NCBI GenBank assembly: GCA_024679645.1
Contig: JAIBCZ010000001.1
Location: forward strand, 1 to 57,964
DNA length: 57,964 nt
DNA from: Amphritea sp.
GTDB taxonomy: Bacteria; Pseudomonadota; Gammaproteobacteria; Pseudomonadales; Balneatricaceae
Direction: 5' to 3'
The first letter of the stretch is position 1. Every line of letters begins with the position of its first letter. Position numbers and translations under genes: made by a program. Positions 19,687 through 30,419 of this stretch are shown here, piece by piece. The notes below the pieces were generated by a model. That model searched no databases. It worked only from the letters and a program-made list of their open reading frames with translations, and had not been told where the DNA came from.

Positions 19687-20510
19687 GGCTTCTCGCCAGC
19701 CCCCAGTCGTATCTCTATCTCTTCCAGTACCGGAATCACATCAGCGATACTATCCACTACAAAATGAGCCCCACTACGGTTAAATCGGTCATACGCCTGA
19801 GAACGTCGCTGATTCTGCGCCTCTTCACTCAGTGCATTCCAGTCAGACAGACTCATACCGACTTCATTACCACTCACCGCAACACCGATAGTCCACATAC
19901 CCGCATTCAGGCCTTCATCAATACCGGTCAGGGTATCATCGATCTTCACACAGGCCGCCAGATTATGAACTCCTAACTCTATGGCGTTCATCATCGCCAT
20001 GTAGGGATAAGGACGCCCCTGAGGCACCTGCGTTGCGCAGATATTTGAAGATGGTTTATAACCCTGTTCGGCAGCTCTGGCCAGTAAACCTTCGATCATC
20101 ACATCAGCGTAACCGGTATTCGCACCAACCTGAACATCAGAGGCATCACACCAAGCCAGCAAATCGGTCAGCCCGGGAATCAATACTGCGGTTTCAGCGA
20201 TTGCTGCGATCTGTAACGGAACAAATTCATCGTACATACGATTGATATCCTTGTCCGTTGGCTCACTACCCTTAACCTCAGTCCAGCTTGCCCGGATACG
20301 GGGGTGACCACATAGCTGACGAATGTGTTCCCGCTTTTCTGTGCCCATCGGACCACGGGCTTCCGCTTCTGAAATAGGCACTCCATGACTGGCAAACAAC
20401 CCCTGAAAAGCGCGGATCGGCGCCATAGAGCCAAAATCGACAGTAGTGCCGGCCCAATCCATAATGATCGCCTGCAGCGGCCCGGTATATTGACGTTCGT
20501 AACGATACAT
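19683..20510 (-). CDS. phnX: Phosphonoacetaldehyde hydrolase
   Basis: DWAGTTVDFGS, PMGTEKREHI (Schiff-base Lys), GRPYP, EGLNAGMW. Confidence 0.96.
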   Translation of the reverse strand: MYRYERQYTGPLQAIIMDWAGTTVDFGSMAPIRAFQGLFASHGVPISEAEARGPMGTEKREHIRQLCGHPRIRASWTEVKGSEPTDKDINRMYDEFVPLQIAAIAETAVLIPGLTDLLAWCDASDVQVGANTGYADVMIEGLLARAAEQGYKPSSNICATQVPQGRPYPYMAMMNAIELGVHNLAACVKIDDTLTGIDEGLNAGMWTIGVAVSGNEVGMSLSDWNALSEEAQNQRRSQAYDRFNRSGAHFVVDSIADVIPVLEEIEIRLGAGEKP

Positions 20511-20566
20511 ATTTTTTCCTTAGAATAGAGTACGCGACAACAGCTTAGCTGCCGGTCATAAATTAC

Positions 20567-21700
20567 TTAATGATTGGGACAGCCATCCGGAATCTGCATC
20601 TCATCCAGAACTGCAGCCATCGCGCCTAAAAGGCCATCTATCTGTTCATCAAAAAGCTGACCTATGCAGCCCAGACGGAAGCTCTCAGCCTGGGTCAACT
20701 TACCCGGATAGATAATATAATTACGGGCCTTTAATCGATCATAAAATTGTTCAAAGCTGAAGTTTTCATGACCCGGCGAGAAAAAAGTAACGATAATCGG
20801 GGATAGCCATTCATCCGCCAAAAGGGTCTGAAAACCAAGCTGACGCATGCCTGTCACCAACCTTTTTTGATTACGGCTGTACCGTGCAAACCGACCGACG
20901 ACGCCTCCCTCTGCCTGATGTTCTTTAAGCGCCTGGGTAAAAGCCGCCACTGTATGCGTCGGTGGGGTAAAACGCCATTGACCCGTTTTTTCCAGATAGC
21001 ACCACTGATCGTACAGATCCATACTCAGGGAATGGGCATTAGTAGCGGATTGCTGCAACGCTTCTTTTCTCAGTAAGGCGAAGCCAAAGCCTGGCACCCC
21101 TTCAAAACACTTATTAGCAGAAGATACAATGGCATCAAATCTGAAATCGCTACTGCGGATATCGATCGCACCGAAGGCACTCATCGAATCGATGATCAGG
21201 CGACGTCCCTGCTGTTCCACCACATCAGCAATCTCCGCCACCGGGTTCAGGATACCTGAGCTGGTTTCGCAGTGAACCAGTAAAACATGGGATATATCCT
21301 TATCCTGTTGCAGCATAGCAGCAACCTCTTCACCCCGGGGCGGCTCATAATCACCCTTGTCCAGAATTACATAATCACGCCCCATATAATCGAGTATCTT
21401 CGTCATCCGCTGACCATAAGCACCGTTGATCAATACCAGTGCTTTACCCTGCTGAGGGATCAGCGTACCGAGTGTAGCTTCCACAGCAAAAGTGCCACTC
21501 CCCTGCACGGGCACACAGACAAACTCACCGTTATCATCTACATAGCTAACCAGTTGTTCGCACATCGCTTTTGTCATCGCACGAAAATCGCCATCCCACG
21601 AACCCCAGTCCTGCAACATCGCCTGCTTAACCATCTCACTGGTGTTTATCGGCCCAGGGGTTAACAGCCAGGGCTGCTTCGGGTTTTGTCGCTGCTTCAT
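20567..21700 (-). CDS. phnW: 2-aminoethylphosphonate-pyruvate transaminase
   Basis: [33 protein letters not shown]; start moved to MKQRQ (RBS AGGAG). Confidence 0.96.
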   Translation of the reverse strand: MKQRQNPKQPWLLTPGPINTSEMVKQAMLQDWGSWDGDFRAMTKAMCEQLVSYVDDNGEFVCVPVQGSGTFAVEATLGTLIPQQGKALVLINGAYGQRMTKILDYMGRDYVILDKGDYEPPRGEEVAAMLQQDKDISHVLLVHCETSSGILNPVAEIADVVEQQGRRLIIDSMSAFGAIDIRSSDFRFDAIVSSANKCFEGVPGFGFALLRKEALQQSATNAHSLSMDLYDQWCYLEKTGQWRFTPPTHTVAAFTQALKEHQAEGGVVGRFARYSRNQKRLVTGMRQLGFQTLLADEWLSPIIVTFFSPGHENFSFEQFYDRLKARNYIIYPGKLTQAESFRLGCIGQLFDEQIDGLLGAMAAVLDEMQIPDGCPNH

Positions 21701-21811
21701 TGTTACTCCTGCAAAATCAGAACACACCTGTAATAAAACAGAGTCCATTATCGGGAATTTCCAGATTCATCACAGTGAAGTTTTAGTGAAACACTAAGGG
21801 TAAAACTTGTA

Positions 21812-21832
21812 GCTATCAGGACTATTTATAGC
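21812..21832. promoter_or_regulatory. Candidate LysR box upstream of phnW
   Basis: GCTAT-N11-ATAGC dyad (T-N11-A). Confidence 0.5.
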
Positions 21833-21845
21833 CGGGTAGAGGCGA

Positions 21846-24206
21846 TCAAAAAAGACTGATCTGAGGAGCAGATATACCATCAAGGCTATCATCGAGAAAC
21901 ATCAGAATACCATCGGCGATCGGTACCAGCTGGCGATCCAGGTAGTGCTGATAATCGATAGGTGAGCGCAACAGCGATATCGGTTCAGGGCCGTTCACCG
22001 TGATCAGATATTCAATATGCATCCCGGCAGAAAAACGGTTCAGCCTTTTGCTGTCGGATAACTGATCATAGAGTTTTTGTGCCGCCTGTACATGGGGTGG
22101 ACGGTTCTTACTGTACTCCTCTAAAGGACGACGCAGACGCTTACGATAAACCAGCTCGTCATCAAGCTCCCCGGCTTTTAGTTGATTAACGATCTGCTTA
22201 AGATAATCGGTATAGGGTGTATCGCTGAAAACTAAACGATAGAGCTCTCGTTGCACCCGACGCGCCAGAGGTGTCCAGTCCGAACGTACCGATTCCAGCC
22301 CCTTGAAAACAAGCTCTTCGCTACCATCGGTGAAATGACGAATACCCGCATAACGTTTCTTAGTACCCTTCTCTGAATGGCGCATCGTCGGCATCAGAAA
22401 ACGTCGATAGTGGGTTTCATATTCGAGTTCCAGATGACAGGGCAGGCCAAAACGCCGCTGTATCTCTTCCTGCCACCATCGGTTAAGAAAGGCTTCCAGA
22501 CGACGCCCCTCTTCCGGTGTTTTATCCACAGGGAAATCATCTCCCAGCCAGACAAACACCGAATCGGTATCACCATAGATCACTTTGTAACCAAACTCCT
22601 CCTCTATCTTCTCTTGTGTACGCATCAGAATCTCATGCCCACGCAGAGTGATTGAGCCCGACAAGCGCTGATCAAAGAAGCGGCAGACATCAGAACCCAG
22701 CACTCCGTAGAAACTATTCATGATGATCTTTATGGCCTGCGACAGCGGCGCATTCTTTTCCGCTTTAGCCCGATCCCTCGCTTGCCAGAGCCGCTCGATA
22801 ATACCCGGTAGTATCGCCTCTTTACGGCTGAAAATAGCGTGATTGAAACCCGGCACCAGATCATCCGGGGGGCACTCAGTGCCGGTGCCTTCCGCCAAAG
22901 CAAAAGGGTCCACCATAAAGGTTCGGATAATACTCGGGTACAGGCTTTTAAAGTCCAGCACTAACACCTGGTTGTACAAGCCGGGTCGGGATTCCATCAC
23001 ATAGCCACCGGGGGCGCCCATCTGTGATTCACCCGACGCATACACCGGCGCTACATAGCCTTTACGATGTAAACGCGGCAGATACAGGTTATCAAAGGAG
23101 GCCGCTGAACCTCCGACTTTATCCAGCGGTAAACCGGTCAGTCGACTGCGTTCAATCAGGTAGTGCAACAGCTGTGCATGTTCAAAGATATCCCAGACCA
23201 ACTTACAATCTTCGAGATTGTATTCCGCTAACTTTCGTGGATCGGTACGGTAGACCTGCTGGATCTCTTCACCTTTATTGAGCCCCTCATCCTGTTGATG
23301 CCCCAGTAACTTACCTCTATGCAACAGTTGATTAGAGACATTTTCAAGGGAGAAACTTTCAAACTGGTAGGTGGCACCTTTCAGGGTATCAATCCCATCC
23401 AGTACAACCCGCCCGGCAATCCGGCAAAACCACTTACCGTTGGCCGACTGAATAACCTGTATACGGCTACGGTCCCGGCCAAGATTCAAAGACACCTGCA
23501 GCCGTCTGGCCCGTTCATGTAGTACCCGAAAATCGAACCCGACGACGTTCCAGCCGATAAAAATATCCGGATCACAGCGTTCTACTTCCCGGACAAACGC
23601 CTGTAACAATGCGCGTTCATCGTTAACGTATTCAAGCCAGGGCTCATTCTGTCCTTCACCCACAATCAGCACTTTCCTGAGCTGATCTGAGTACAGGCCG
23701 ATAGAGAAGATCCGGTCAGCCCGCATGGTGGTTTCAATATCCACCGACAACATCGTCAGTTGAGGTTCAAAATCTATCGGTTGCAGCTGTGCTGAGGTTT
23801 CACTGAAGCGTACCCTGGCGCTGTCCTGAATAAAGCGCTCCATGAGAAACCGATCAACCGGGCGAATATCTTCCTCGATCATCGAGATAGCGTAGGTTTG
23901 CAATAGGTCGGAAAGCTGTCGATATACTTTGATTGAACGGCTATAGAGACCGCAAACAGAGCGTTGTTGAAGATCTTTCAGGGGGAGCGGTGTTAGCCGC
24001 CAGTCCGTTAAGGATTCGAGTAACGGCTCTATTCGTGGGAGGTCTTCTTCGAGCACAAAGAAAACCGCTTCCTGATCAGGCACCGTGACAGGAAACGCCC
24101 CCTGATTACCTTTTAACCAGAATTGAAAGCTAATTCCGCCGGACGTATCAAACTGCTGCCGGGTCAGAATAAAACCACTGGATTCAGTGGTTACTTGGGA
24201 CGGCAT
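21846..24206 (-). CDS. polB: DNA polymerase II (family B)
   Basis: SVDIET exonuclease motif, LDFKSLYPSII, KIIMNSFYG, YGDTDS, C-terminal clamp motif QISLF; start moved to MPSQV. Confidence 0.96.
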   Translation of the reverse strand: MPSQVTTESSGFILTRQQFDTSGGISFQFWLKGNQGAFPVTVPDQEAVFFVLEEDLPRIEPLLESLTDWRLTPLPLKDLQQRSVCGLYSRSIKVYRQLSDLLQTYAISMIEEDIRPVDRFLMERFIQDSARVRFSETSAQLQPIDFEPQLTMLSVDIETTMRADRIFSIGLYSDQLRKVLIVGEGQNEPWLEYVNDERALLQAFVREVERCDPDIFIGWNVVGFDFRVLHERARRLQVSLNLGRDRSRIQVIQSANGKWFCRIAGRVVLDGIDTLKGATYQFESFSLENVSNQLLHRGKLLGHQQDEGLNKGEEIQQVYRTDPRKLAEYNLEDCKLVWDIFEHAQLLHYLIERSRLTGLPLDKVGGSAASFDNLYLPRLHRKGYVAPVYASGESQMGAPGGYVMESRPGLYNQVLVLDFKSLYPSIIRTFMVDPFALAEGTGTECPPDDLVPGFNHAIFSRKEAILPGIIERLWQARDRAKAEKNAPLSQAIKIIMNSFYGVLGSDVCRFFDQRLSGSITLRGHEILMRTQEKIEEEFGYKVIYGDTDSVFVWLGDDFPVDKTPEEGRRLEAFLNRWWQEEIQRRFGLPCHLELEYETHYRRFLMPTMRHSEKGTKKRYAGIRHFTDGSEELVFKGLESVRSDWTPLARRVQRELYRLVFSDTPYTDYLKQIVNQLKAGELDDELVYRKRLRRPLEEYSKNRPPHVQAAQKLYDQLSDSKRLNRFSAGMHIEYLITVNGPEPISLLRSPIDYQHYLDRQLVPIADGILMFLDDSLDGISAPQISLF

Positions 24207-24210
24207 CGGC

Positions 24211-25221
24211 TCAGCCAAAGGGGGCGACAACTTCCAGGCCTGGGAAACGCTGCTTTACAGCAGCTTCAGCATCGGCGGTAAATAGCAGCTTAATATTCGG
24301 TCCAGCATCCATGGTGAAATATAGTTCGACACCCTCTGCCCGTGCCTGCCAGATGCTTTGCATGGCGGCTACAGAGTCCGGCTGCCAATAGAGTAATGGC
24401 GGCCAGGAGGCGATCATGGTCGCATGCATTGATAGTGCGTTTTGCTCTGCAGTTTCGCCTAACAGGGTAAAATTCTGCTCGGTGATCGCCTGATGTAAGC
24501 GTTGCAAATCCGCCGCTGCCTGCAAGGGCCAGCTCTGATATAAATGGGCAGTATCCACCGTGCGGTTCATGCCGGAGCGGGAGTCCACCGCTTTCTCTCC
24601 GGTACTCACTTTGATCAGCCCAATTCGCAGATCAGCCCAACGGCTGTCTAATGGCAGTGCAAAACTATCCATACCATCTTCACGTACCCCCATCTGCCAT
24701 TCGACAAAGCCTTCATAGAGTGAACGGCTGGCACTGCCGCTGCCCATACGGGCAAACGCGGACAGCACTGCATTATCCAAATTCAGTCCATAGAATCGGT
24801 TTACCGCCAGCATCAGGGCCGCAAAGCCAGACGCAGACGACGCTAATCCGGCAGCGGTCGGAATATTATTCTCGGTTTCAACTTTGACACTGTGGTCGTT
24901 ACCACGACGAAACAGGTCAATAAACGCAATCACTTTACAGGAAAACTTATCCTCTGCTAAAAGACGTGTTCCGTTGAGCCATACCTGATCCTCTTCTGCA
25001 ACAGAGATTGCCGTTTTACTTCCCAGATGAGCCAGCGAAATAGAGAGACTGCTGTTAACAGGCAGATTCAGTTCTACTTCCCGTTTGCCCCAGTACTTAC
25101 AAAGAGCGATATTACTTGGGGCAAAGACCGGCTCAATAGTATCTGTCATAGGCTTGACGGATGACGGAAGATACTGAGAAATTACGCTTTGTTTGGTAAA
25201 CACAGAATTAGATGAGTTCAA
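24211..25221 (-). CDS. mvaD: Diphosphomevalonate decarboxylase
   Basis: NIALCKYWGK, PTAAGLASSASG, GSGSASRS, FTMDAGPN; TTG start. Confidence 0.95.
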   Translation of the reverse strand: MNSSNSVFTKQSVISQYLPSSVKPMTDTIEPVFAPSNIALCKYWGKREVELNLPVNSSLSISLAHLGSKTAISVAEEDQVWLNGTRLLAEDKFSCKVIAFIDLFRRGNDHSVKVETENNIPTAAGLASSASGFAALMLAVNRFYGLNLDNAVLSAFARMGSGSASRSLYEGFVEWQMGVREDGMDSFALPLDSRWADLRIGLIKVSTGEKAVDSRSGMNRTVDTAHLYQSWPLQAAADLQRLHQAITEQNFTLLGETAEQNALSMHATMIASWPPLLYWQPDSVAAMQSIWQARAEGVELYFTMDAGPNIKLLFTADAEAAVKQRFPGLEVVAPFG

Positions 25222-26149
25222 CGGTTACACCTTCAGCTGATACGAAAACGGGTATCTCTTCATAGGATAATGGCAGATCGACAGACTTGCCCAGAGCTAT
25301 GACACAATCCCCCAGGCCTGAGCCAGAAATTTTAGCACCTGTGATCGAGGCGTTCTGACGCAGGGTATAGATAATCTCTGACAACTTTTTATCATTAACA
25401 CCCAACGCATCCATCAGCCCCTGATAGATATTCATCAGTTCACCAAAACGCTGCCAGTCACTGTTATCAACCGCTGTTTCAGCTTCCTCGGTGGTCTCTC
25501 CCATTAAGCGGTAGATACCACTGTACAACCAGGGGTGACGCTGAGCCTGAGCTTCAACATACTTTAAAACATCCGGGGTTTTTATCTTGTAGCCAACATA
25601 AAACAAGCTGATATCAGGCAGCCCCTGTAACGCCTTGATCAACGGGCCTGAACCATCTGTCGCCACAGTATATCCAACTACTCCGCCATACACGGCAGCC
25701 ACAAGATCGGTGCCGGAACCCCGCCCATCCTGAACCTCATGGACAACCGCCAGCGCTTCATCAAATAGAAAATCGGCATCGACAGTCTCCCGGCCTATAT
25801 AAGCCTGTAATGCAGTAACCACGGCAGCGGTAACAGCAGCAGATGAGCCCAATCCGACAGTATGAGAAAATTCCGATACGATCTGCAAGTCAAAACCAGC
25901 TGGTAGTATAGCTAGCTGACGCTTAATGGCGGCCAGCACAAAACTCAGAGAGGGGTCTTCGGATAAATTATCAAGATTAGAACTATACTGCGCCAGCGCC
26001 GAGTCGATAGTGATGGCCCGGTCGTTACGTGGGGTCAGCATAACAGTAATATGTTTATCTACCGCACATGCCAGTGCCCGCTGGCCGAATAATACGGCAT
26101 GCTCACCCATCAGCATCAGACTGCCCGGGGCTGTAACCTTAATCCTCAA
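25208..26149 (-). CDS. pmk: Phosphomevalonate kinase (GHMP)
   Basis: APGSLMLMGEHAV, GLGSSAA, GSGTD, KISGSGLGDC; TTG start with GGAG RBS; PMK rather than MVK inferred from motifs and order. Confidence 0.8.
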   Translation of the reverse strand: MRIKVTAPGSLMLMGEHAVLFGQRALACAVDKHITVMLTPRNDRAITIDSALAQYSSNLDNLSEDPSLSFVLAAIKRQLAILPAGFDLQIVSEFSHTVGLGSSAAVTAAVVTALQAYIGRETVDADFLFDEALAVVHEVQDGRGSGTDLVAAVYGGVVGYTVATDGSGPLIKALQGLPDISLFYVGYKIKTPDVLKYVEAQAQRHPWLYSGIYRLMGETTEEAETAVDNSDWQRFGELMNIYQGLMDALGVNDKKLSEIIYTLRQNASITGAKISGSGLGDCVIALGKSVDLPLSYEEIPVFVSAEGVTVELI

Positions 26150-27140
26150 GACGTGCTCCTTCAGTATCCTCTTCAATCGGAAAATATGAATAGCCGTACT
26201 GCTCACAAAGAGCAGACAGATCTATTGCTGGCGCATAGGCGATTAAAGCACCCGCCCCAACCCCTTTAATTGAGCCAGCCCCACTGACCTTGGCGGCGCC
26301 ACCCAATTGTTCCAGCTGCTGAATGAACTGCTGAACCGGCTCAGGCACTACACCAATCTGCGTTAACAGCCGATGGTTTTCTTTCAAAGGGTTGCCAGGA
26401 TTTTCACCTTTAACAATAGCATCTGTCAGCTGCTCCGTAACCGCGCTAAACGCCTGCCAGATCGATGAATCAGCAAAACGCTGGCGAACAAAGTCAACAC
26501 ACTCTCCGGTACCCGCATCGGGGCTCCCGCTGTGAATATAATACCAACCATCTCCTAACTGGAGTGCCGATGGCTCTACCTGTCCTTGTGTGACCTCTAC
26601 CAACCCACCATAACTCACAGTAGCTGCATCAATAAGACCACCACGCCCATGGCACAAACGCTCACAGTAACGTACCCGCAGAAAAAGTTCCGGGGTATCA
26701 AGCGGCGAAGAAAAAAGCTTCTGACCAAGAGATGTGATAGCGGCACCCAGGGCTGCCGAGGAGCCCATACCTGAGCCAAGTGGTAATTGAGAATAGATAG
26801 TTAACTTCAAGCCACTGACGGGATCGCTTTCAGGCAGGCAAAGCCCCAGTGCGTAGAGCGCTAACTGCTGTGGTGTTTCAAGGATATTACCGGCCGTTAA
26901 CTCACCGGCTTCAAATAGCTTAAATCGGTGATCAAGGTGATTTATTAACTGACGCAGATCAGGCCAGCTTATGTGCCCTTGCCAGCCGGATTCAGGCAGG
27001 TGCCAGCTAAGCCCATCGGTTGGGGTTTGTTGTGCATGACATCTGATGTAGCGGTTTACCGCCAAAGCGATAGCCGGTGCTCCGTAAACTGCTGAGTGTT
27101 CACCACTGAGAATCAGTTTACCCGGAGCACACGCCTTCAT
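26139..27140 (-). CDS. mvk: Mevalonate kinase (GHMP)
   Basis: APGKLILSGEHSAVYG, PLGSGMGSSAA, CHG, KVSGAG. Confidence 0.85.
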   Translation of the reverse strand: MKACAPGKLILSGEHSAVYGAPAIALAVNRYIRCHAQQTPTDGLSWHLPESGWQGHISWPDLRQLINHLDHRFKLFEAGELTAGNILETPQQLALYALGLCLPESDPVSGLKLTIYSQLPLGSGMGSSAALGAAITSLGQKLFSSPLDTPELFLRVRYCERLCHGRGGLIDAATVSYGGLVEVTQGQVEPSALQLGDGWYYIHSGSPDAGTGECVDFVRQRFADSSIWQAFSAVTEQLTDAIVKGENPGNPLKENHRLLTQIGVVPEPVQQFIQQLEQLGGAAKVSGAGSIKGVGAGALIAYAPAIDLSALCEQYGYSYFPIEEDTEGARLED

Positions 27141-27152
27141 GAAGGGAATTCC

Positions 27153-28319
27153 TTAGCAGGAGATGTATTCACGCTTATGATGAGAGATGCCCACCAGACG
27201 GAACCGCCCGGTCGTGCCTTCAGCTTTAACATGCTCTCCGCCATCAACCGGATCTACATCATTATAAAGTTTCAGGTATTCATCATAAGTGACTTCACTA
27301 CGTGTCGCCAGCATCAGCTGGTGCTTATCCTGGTGCAGGTATTTTTCATAGCCCGCCACCACTTTGCCGGAGAAGAACTCTGCGACACACCCGGAGCCGT
27401 AACTGAAAAACCCGATCCGTTTACCGGCCAGATTGTGCTTACAATTCTCTAGCAGTGACGCCAGCCCGATATACATCGATGCTGTATAGCTATTGCCAAT
27501 AATCCGGTTATATAACAGCGTATCTTCAACCTGAAGGTCTAGCAGTTCTGGTGTCAGACTACTCTTATTAACACGCGCCAGATGCTTATGGGCTTTCTGC
27601 GCCATACGGGTAAAAGGCAGGTGGTAACAGAAATGTTGCATATCGCTAAAAGCCAGAGAACTCATCTCACGGAAATGATCCCAGGCATATTTCAACGATT
27701 TCAAATAAATTTTAGTAGAGTACTTACCGTCAACCAGTGCGGTTGAACGGTAATTAGGGCGCCAGAAGTCCATCACGTCTTCGGTGTGATTACCGACTTC
27801 AGGATCCAGCTCGACCAGGCGAGGGTTCGCCGTAATCAACATCGCAACTGCGCCGCAGCCCTGGGTTGCCTCGCCGGAGGTTCCCAGATCATAACGAGCC
27901 ACATCAGACGCAATCACCAGCACTTTCTGATCCGGCTGGCGAGCGACCAGGGCACAGCCCATCTGAATCGCAGCGGTTGCACTATAACAGGCCTGCTTAA
28001 GCTCAACGACCCGACAATTCGGAGTGAGTCCTAATAAACGGTGAACATAGACACCTGCAGACTTTGACTGGTCAATACCCGTCTCCGTCGCAAACATCAC
28101 CGTGCTAATAGCATCAGTACCAACCCGCTCTATCAGAGGCAGGGCAGCATTTGCAGCCATAGTCACTACATCTTCATCCGGGGCAGGCATGCCCATTTTT
28201 TCTTGGCCTATACCCTGATAATACTTTTCAGCATCAATTTCCTGAACTGTAGCCAGGTTCTTCAGATCCAAAAAGTAATTAGAGGTGTAAAAACTGATTT
28301 CATCAATACCGACGGACAT
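27153..28319 (-). CDS. mvaS: Hydroxymethylglutaryl-CoA synthase
   Basis: ELKQACYS, GEATQG, DFWRPNY, YHLPF, GNSYTAS, FSYGSG. Confidence 0.96.
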   Translation of the reverse strand: MSVGIDEISFYTSNYFLDLKNLATVQEIDAEKYYQGIGQEKMGMPAPDEDVVTMAANAALPLIERVGTDAISTVMFATETGIDQSKSAGVYVHRLLGLTPNCRVVELKQACYSATAAIQMGCALVARQPDQKVLVIASDVARYDLGTSGEATQGCGAVAMLITANPRLVELDPEVGNHTEDVMDFWRPNYRSTALVDGKYSTKIYLKSLKYAWDHFREMSSLAFSDMQHFCYHLPFTRMAQKAHKHLARVNKSSLTPELLDLQVEDTLLYNRIIGNSYTASMYIGLASLLENCKHNLAGKRIGFFSYGSGCVAEFFSGKVVAGYEKYLHQDKHQLMLATRSEVTYDEYLKLYNDVDPVDGGEHVKAEGTTGRFRLVGISHHKREYISC

Positions 28320-28334
28320 ACGTACTTAAAATCC

Positions 28335-29366
28335 TCAACGCTCGCCCAGAATGAGAGCCCGATTCATAAATAAACTATTCACATCCGGCATGCCCAGCAA
28401 AAACATCGCTGTGGTGAATTCACGCCGGCGCTGCTCTATTTCCTTAACCACTGAATCCGCCGAATCCATCGCCGGTTTCAGGAAGGGTGCGGCCATGCCG
28501 CAGAGCGAGGCGCCGAGTATAACAGATTTAACCATATCAATCCCATCCCTGAGACCACCACTGGCAATGAAACCTGCACTATTTTGATAGGGTTGAGCCA
28601 GTTTTAGCGCCTGCGGGGTCGAGATTCCCCAATCCTGGAAACAAAGCCCCAGGTCATCGCTGCTATCTTCGCTACGATGATGCTCTATTCGACTCCATGA
28701 GGTACCGCCACAACCGGCCAGGTCAAACCACTTAATACCGGCTGCAATACCGCTCTCAATATCTTCAGGAGAAAGCCCGGCCCCCACCTCTTTCAGTAAT
28801 ACCGGCACGTTTAACCCGGTTGAGACCGCTTTGATCTTTGCCTCAAGACCCGAGAAATCAGTATCGCCTTCCGGCTGCACCGCTTCCTGTAAAGGATTGA
28901 GATGCAGGTACAGTCCGTCAGCTCCTAACAGATCAACAGCCTCCTGACATTGCTGCAGAGAAAAGCCATAATTCAGCTGTACCGCACCGATATTCCCCAA
29001 CAACACAGTATTAGGCGCATACTGTCGTAACTCGAAACTCTCACGGGCCGACGACTGGGTAAACATGACTCGCTGGGAGCCAACTGCCAGAGCAACACCG
29101 GTTCGTTCAGCCGCTTCAGCCAGATTACGATTGATCGTTTTAATCAATGCATGATCTCCACCGGTCATCGATGAAATTAGCAGAGGAAAGCTTAGTTTTT
29201 TACCCAGAAACTCGACCGAAGTATCAATATCATCCAACGCCAGGTTCGGCAACGCCCGATGACGCAGCCGCATCTGATCAAAATAGCGGCCATCACGATC
29301 GGTTAATGGATCGTTTTCAATCGCCCGGATATGCTCAATTTTACGATCATTCGTCTGATCAGACAT
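28335..29366 (-). CDS. fni: Type 2 isopentenyl-diphosphate isomerase
   Basis: RKIEH, SMTGG, GSQR, HLNPLQE, KEVG, GGTSW, ASGGLR. Confidence 0.96.
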   Translation of the reverse strand: MSDQTNDRKIEHIRAIENDPLTDRDGRYFDQMRLRHRALPNLALDDIDTSVEFLGKKLSFPLLISSMTGGDHALIKTINRNLAEAAERTGVALAVGSQRVMFTQSSARESFELRQYAPNTVLLGNIGAVQLNYGFSLQQCQEAVDLLGADGLYLHLNPLQEAVQPEGDTDFSGLEAKIKAVSTGLNVPVLLKEVGAGLSPEDIESGIAAGIKWFDLAGCGGTSWSRIEHHRSEDSSDDLGLCFQDWGISTPQALKLAQPYQNSAGFIASGGLRDGIDMVKSVILGASLCGMAAPFLKPAMDSADSVVKEIEQRRREFTTAMFLLGMPDVNSLFMNRALILGER

Positions 29367-30403
29367 CAGCGTTCCATTTTAAGGTGAGATTCCATCAACT
29401 CACCGGGATTGGTTTGAGCGGCCATCAGAGAGAGCTCTCCACAGAGCACCGTAGCAGCACAAATAGCAGCCAGGCGACGGGCATTTTCACCGGGCTTCCG
29501 GTCATCTTTACATCCCAGCGCTGCCAGGTTCTGCTCCACGAACTCTATCCCTTTACCATTACCCACACTGCCTACGATAAGATTGGGTAAGGTACATGAA
29601 AAATACAGATCGCCATTACGCACTTCAGCATGAACAATACCCTGAGAGCCTTCTATAATATTAGCTGCGTCTTGCCCTGTAGCCAGATAAAAAGCCAGAA
29701 GCATGTTGGCGTAGTGTGCATTAGCACTGCGCAACCCACCGGCAATCATGGTGCCTATCAGGTTTTTCTTGATGTTCAGATCAACCACTTTTTCCGGCGT
29801 TGTTTTTAAACGACGTTCACACAGGTCCCGCGGAATCAGGATCTCACTAACAACATATTTACCTCGCCCCAGAATGCCATTAACAGCTGTCGCCTTTTTA
29901 TCGGAACAGTAGTTGGCCGAGATCGATGAATACCGCAATTGCGGGTACTCTTTTAATAACCAGGGAATCAACTTATCAGCAGCATTAGTCACCATATTAT
30001 GGCCTGACGCATCACCGGTAGTGAACTCTAATCGCAGGTAGATAAGGTTCGCGACAATCTGACTATTAAGGTCAACCAACTTGGCGAAGCGACTGGTGGT
30101 CGCCACCACATCATTCAAATCGGCTTGTCTGGACTTAATCGATTCAAGTGCTTTAAGTGCTTCCAGAGCATCATCCGCTTCCAGTAAAATCGAGCGACTC
30201 ATCCGCTCATCGATCACCGTTGTTTTAATTCCCTCTTCAGTCAGCGCCGAGATCCGAGCTCCCCGACCGACAGAGGGCCAGAGTGGCGTTTCGTAAGTCG
30301 CCAACGGCACTGCAATTTTTTCATTAAGAATATGCCCGCTTATCTTAATAGGGCCGACTGTGCGCATTGGAATCGGGGCTTGCTGGATTTTATGGGATTT
30401 CAT
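29366..30403 (-). CDS. mvaA: HMG-CoA reductase (short class I, Streptomyces/Paracoccus type)
   Basis: VPLATYETPLWPSVGRG, GDASGHNM, NYCSDKK, ATGQD, GELS; start moved to MKSHK. Confidence 0.93.
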   Translation of the reverse strand: MKSHKIQQAPIPMRTVGPIKISGHILNEKIAVPLATYETPLWPSVGRGARISALTEEGIKTTVIDERMSRSILLEADDALEALKALESIKSRQADLNDVVATTSRFAKLVDLNSQIVANLIYLRLEFTTGDASGHNMVTNAADKLIPWLLKEYPQLRYSSISANYCSDKKATAVNGILGRGKYVVSEILIPRDLCERRLKTTPEKVVDLNIKKNLIGTMIAGGLRSANAHYANMLLAFYLATGQDAANIIEGSQGIVHAEVRNGDLYFSCTLPNLIVGSVGNGKGIEFVEQNLAALGCKDDRKPGENARRLAAICAATVLCGELSLMAAQTNPGELMESHLKMER

Positions 30404-30419
30404 AATCTCTCGACACAAT

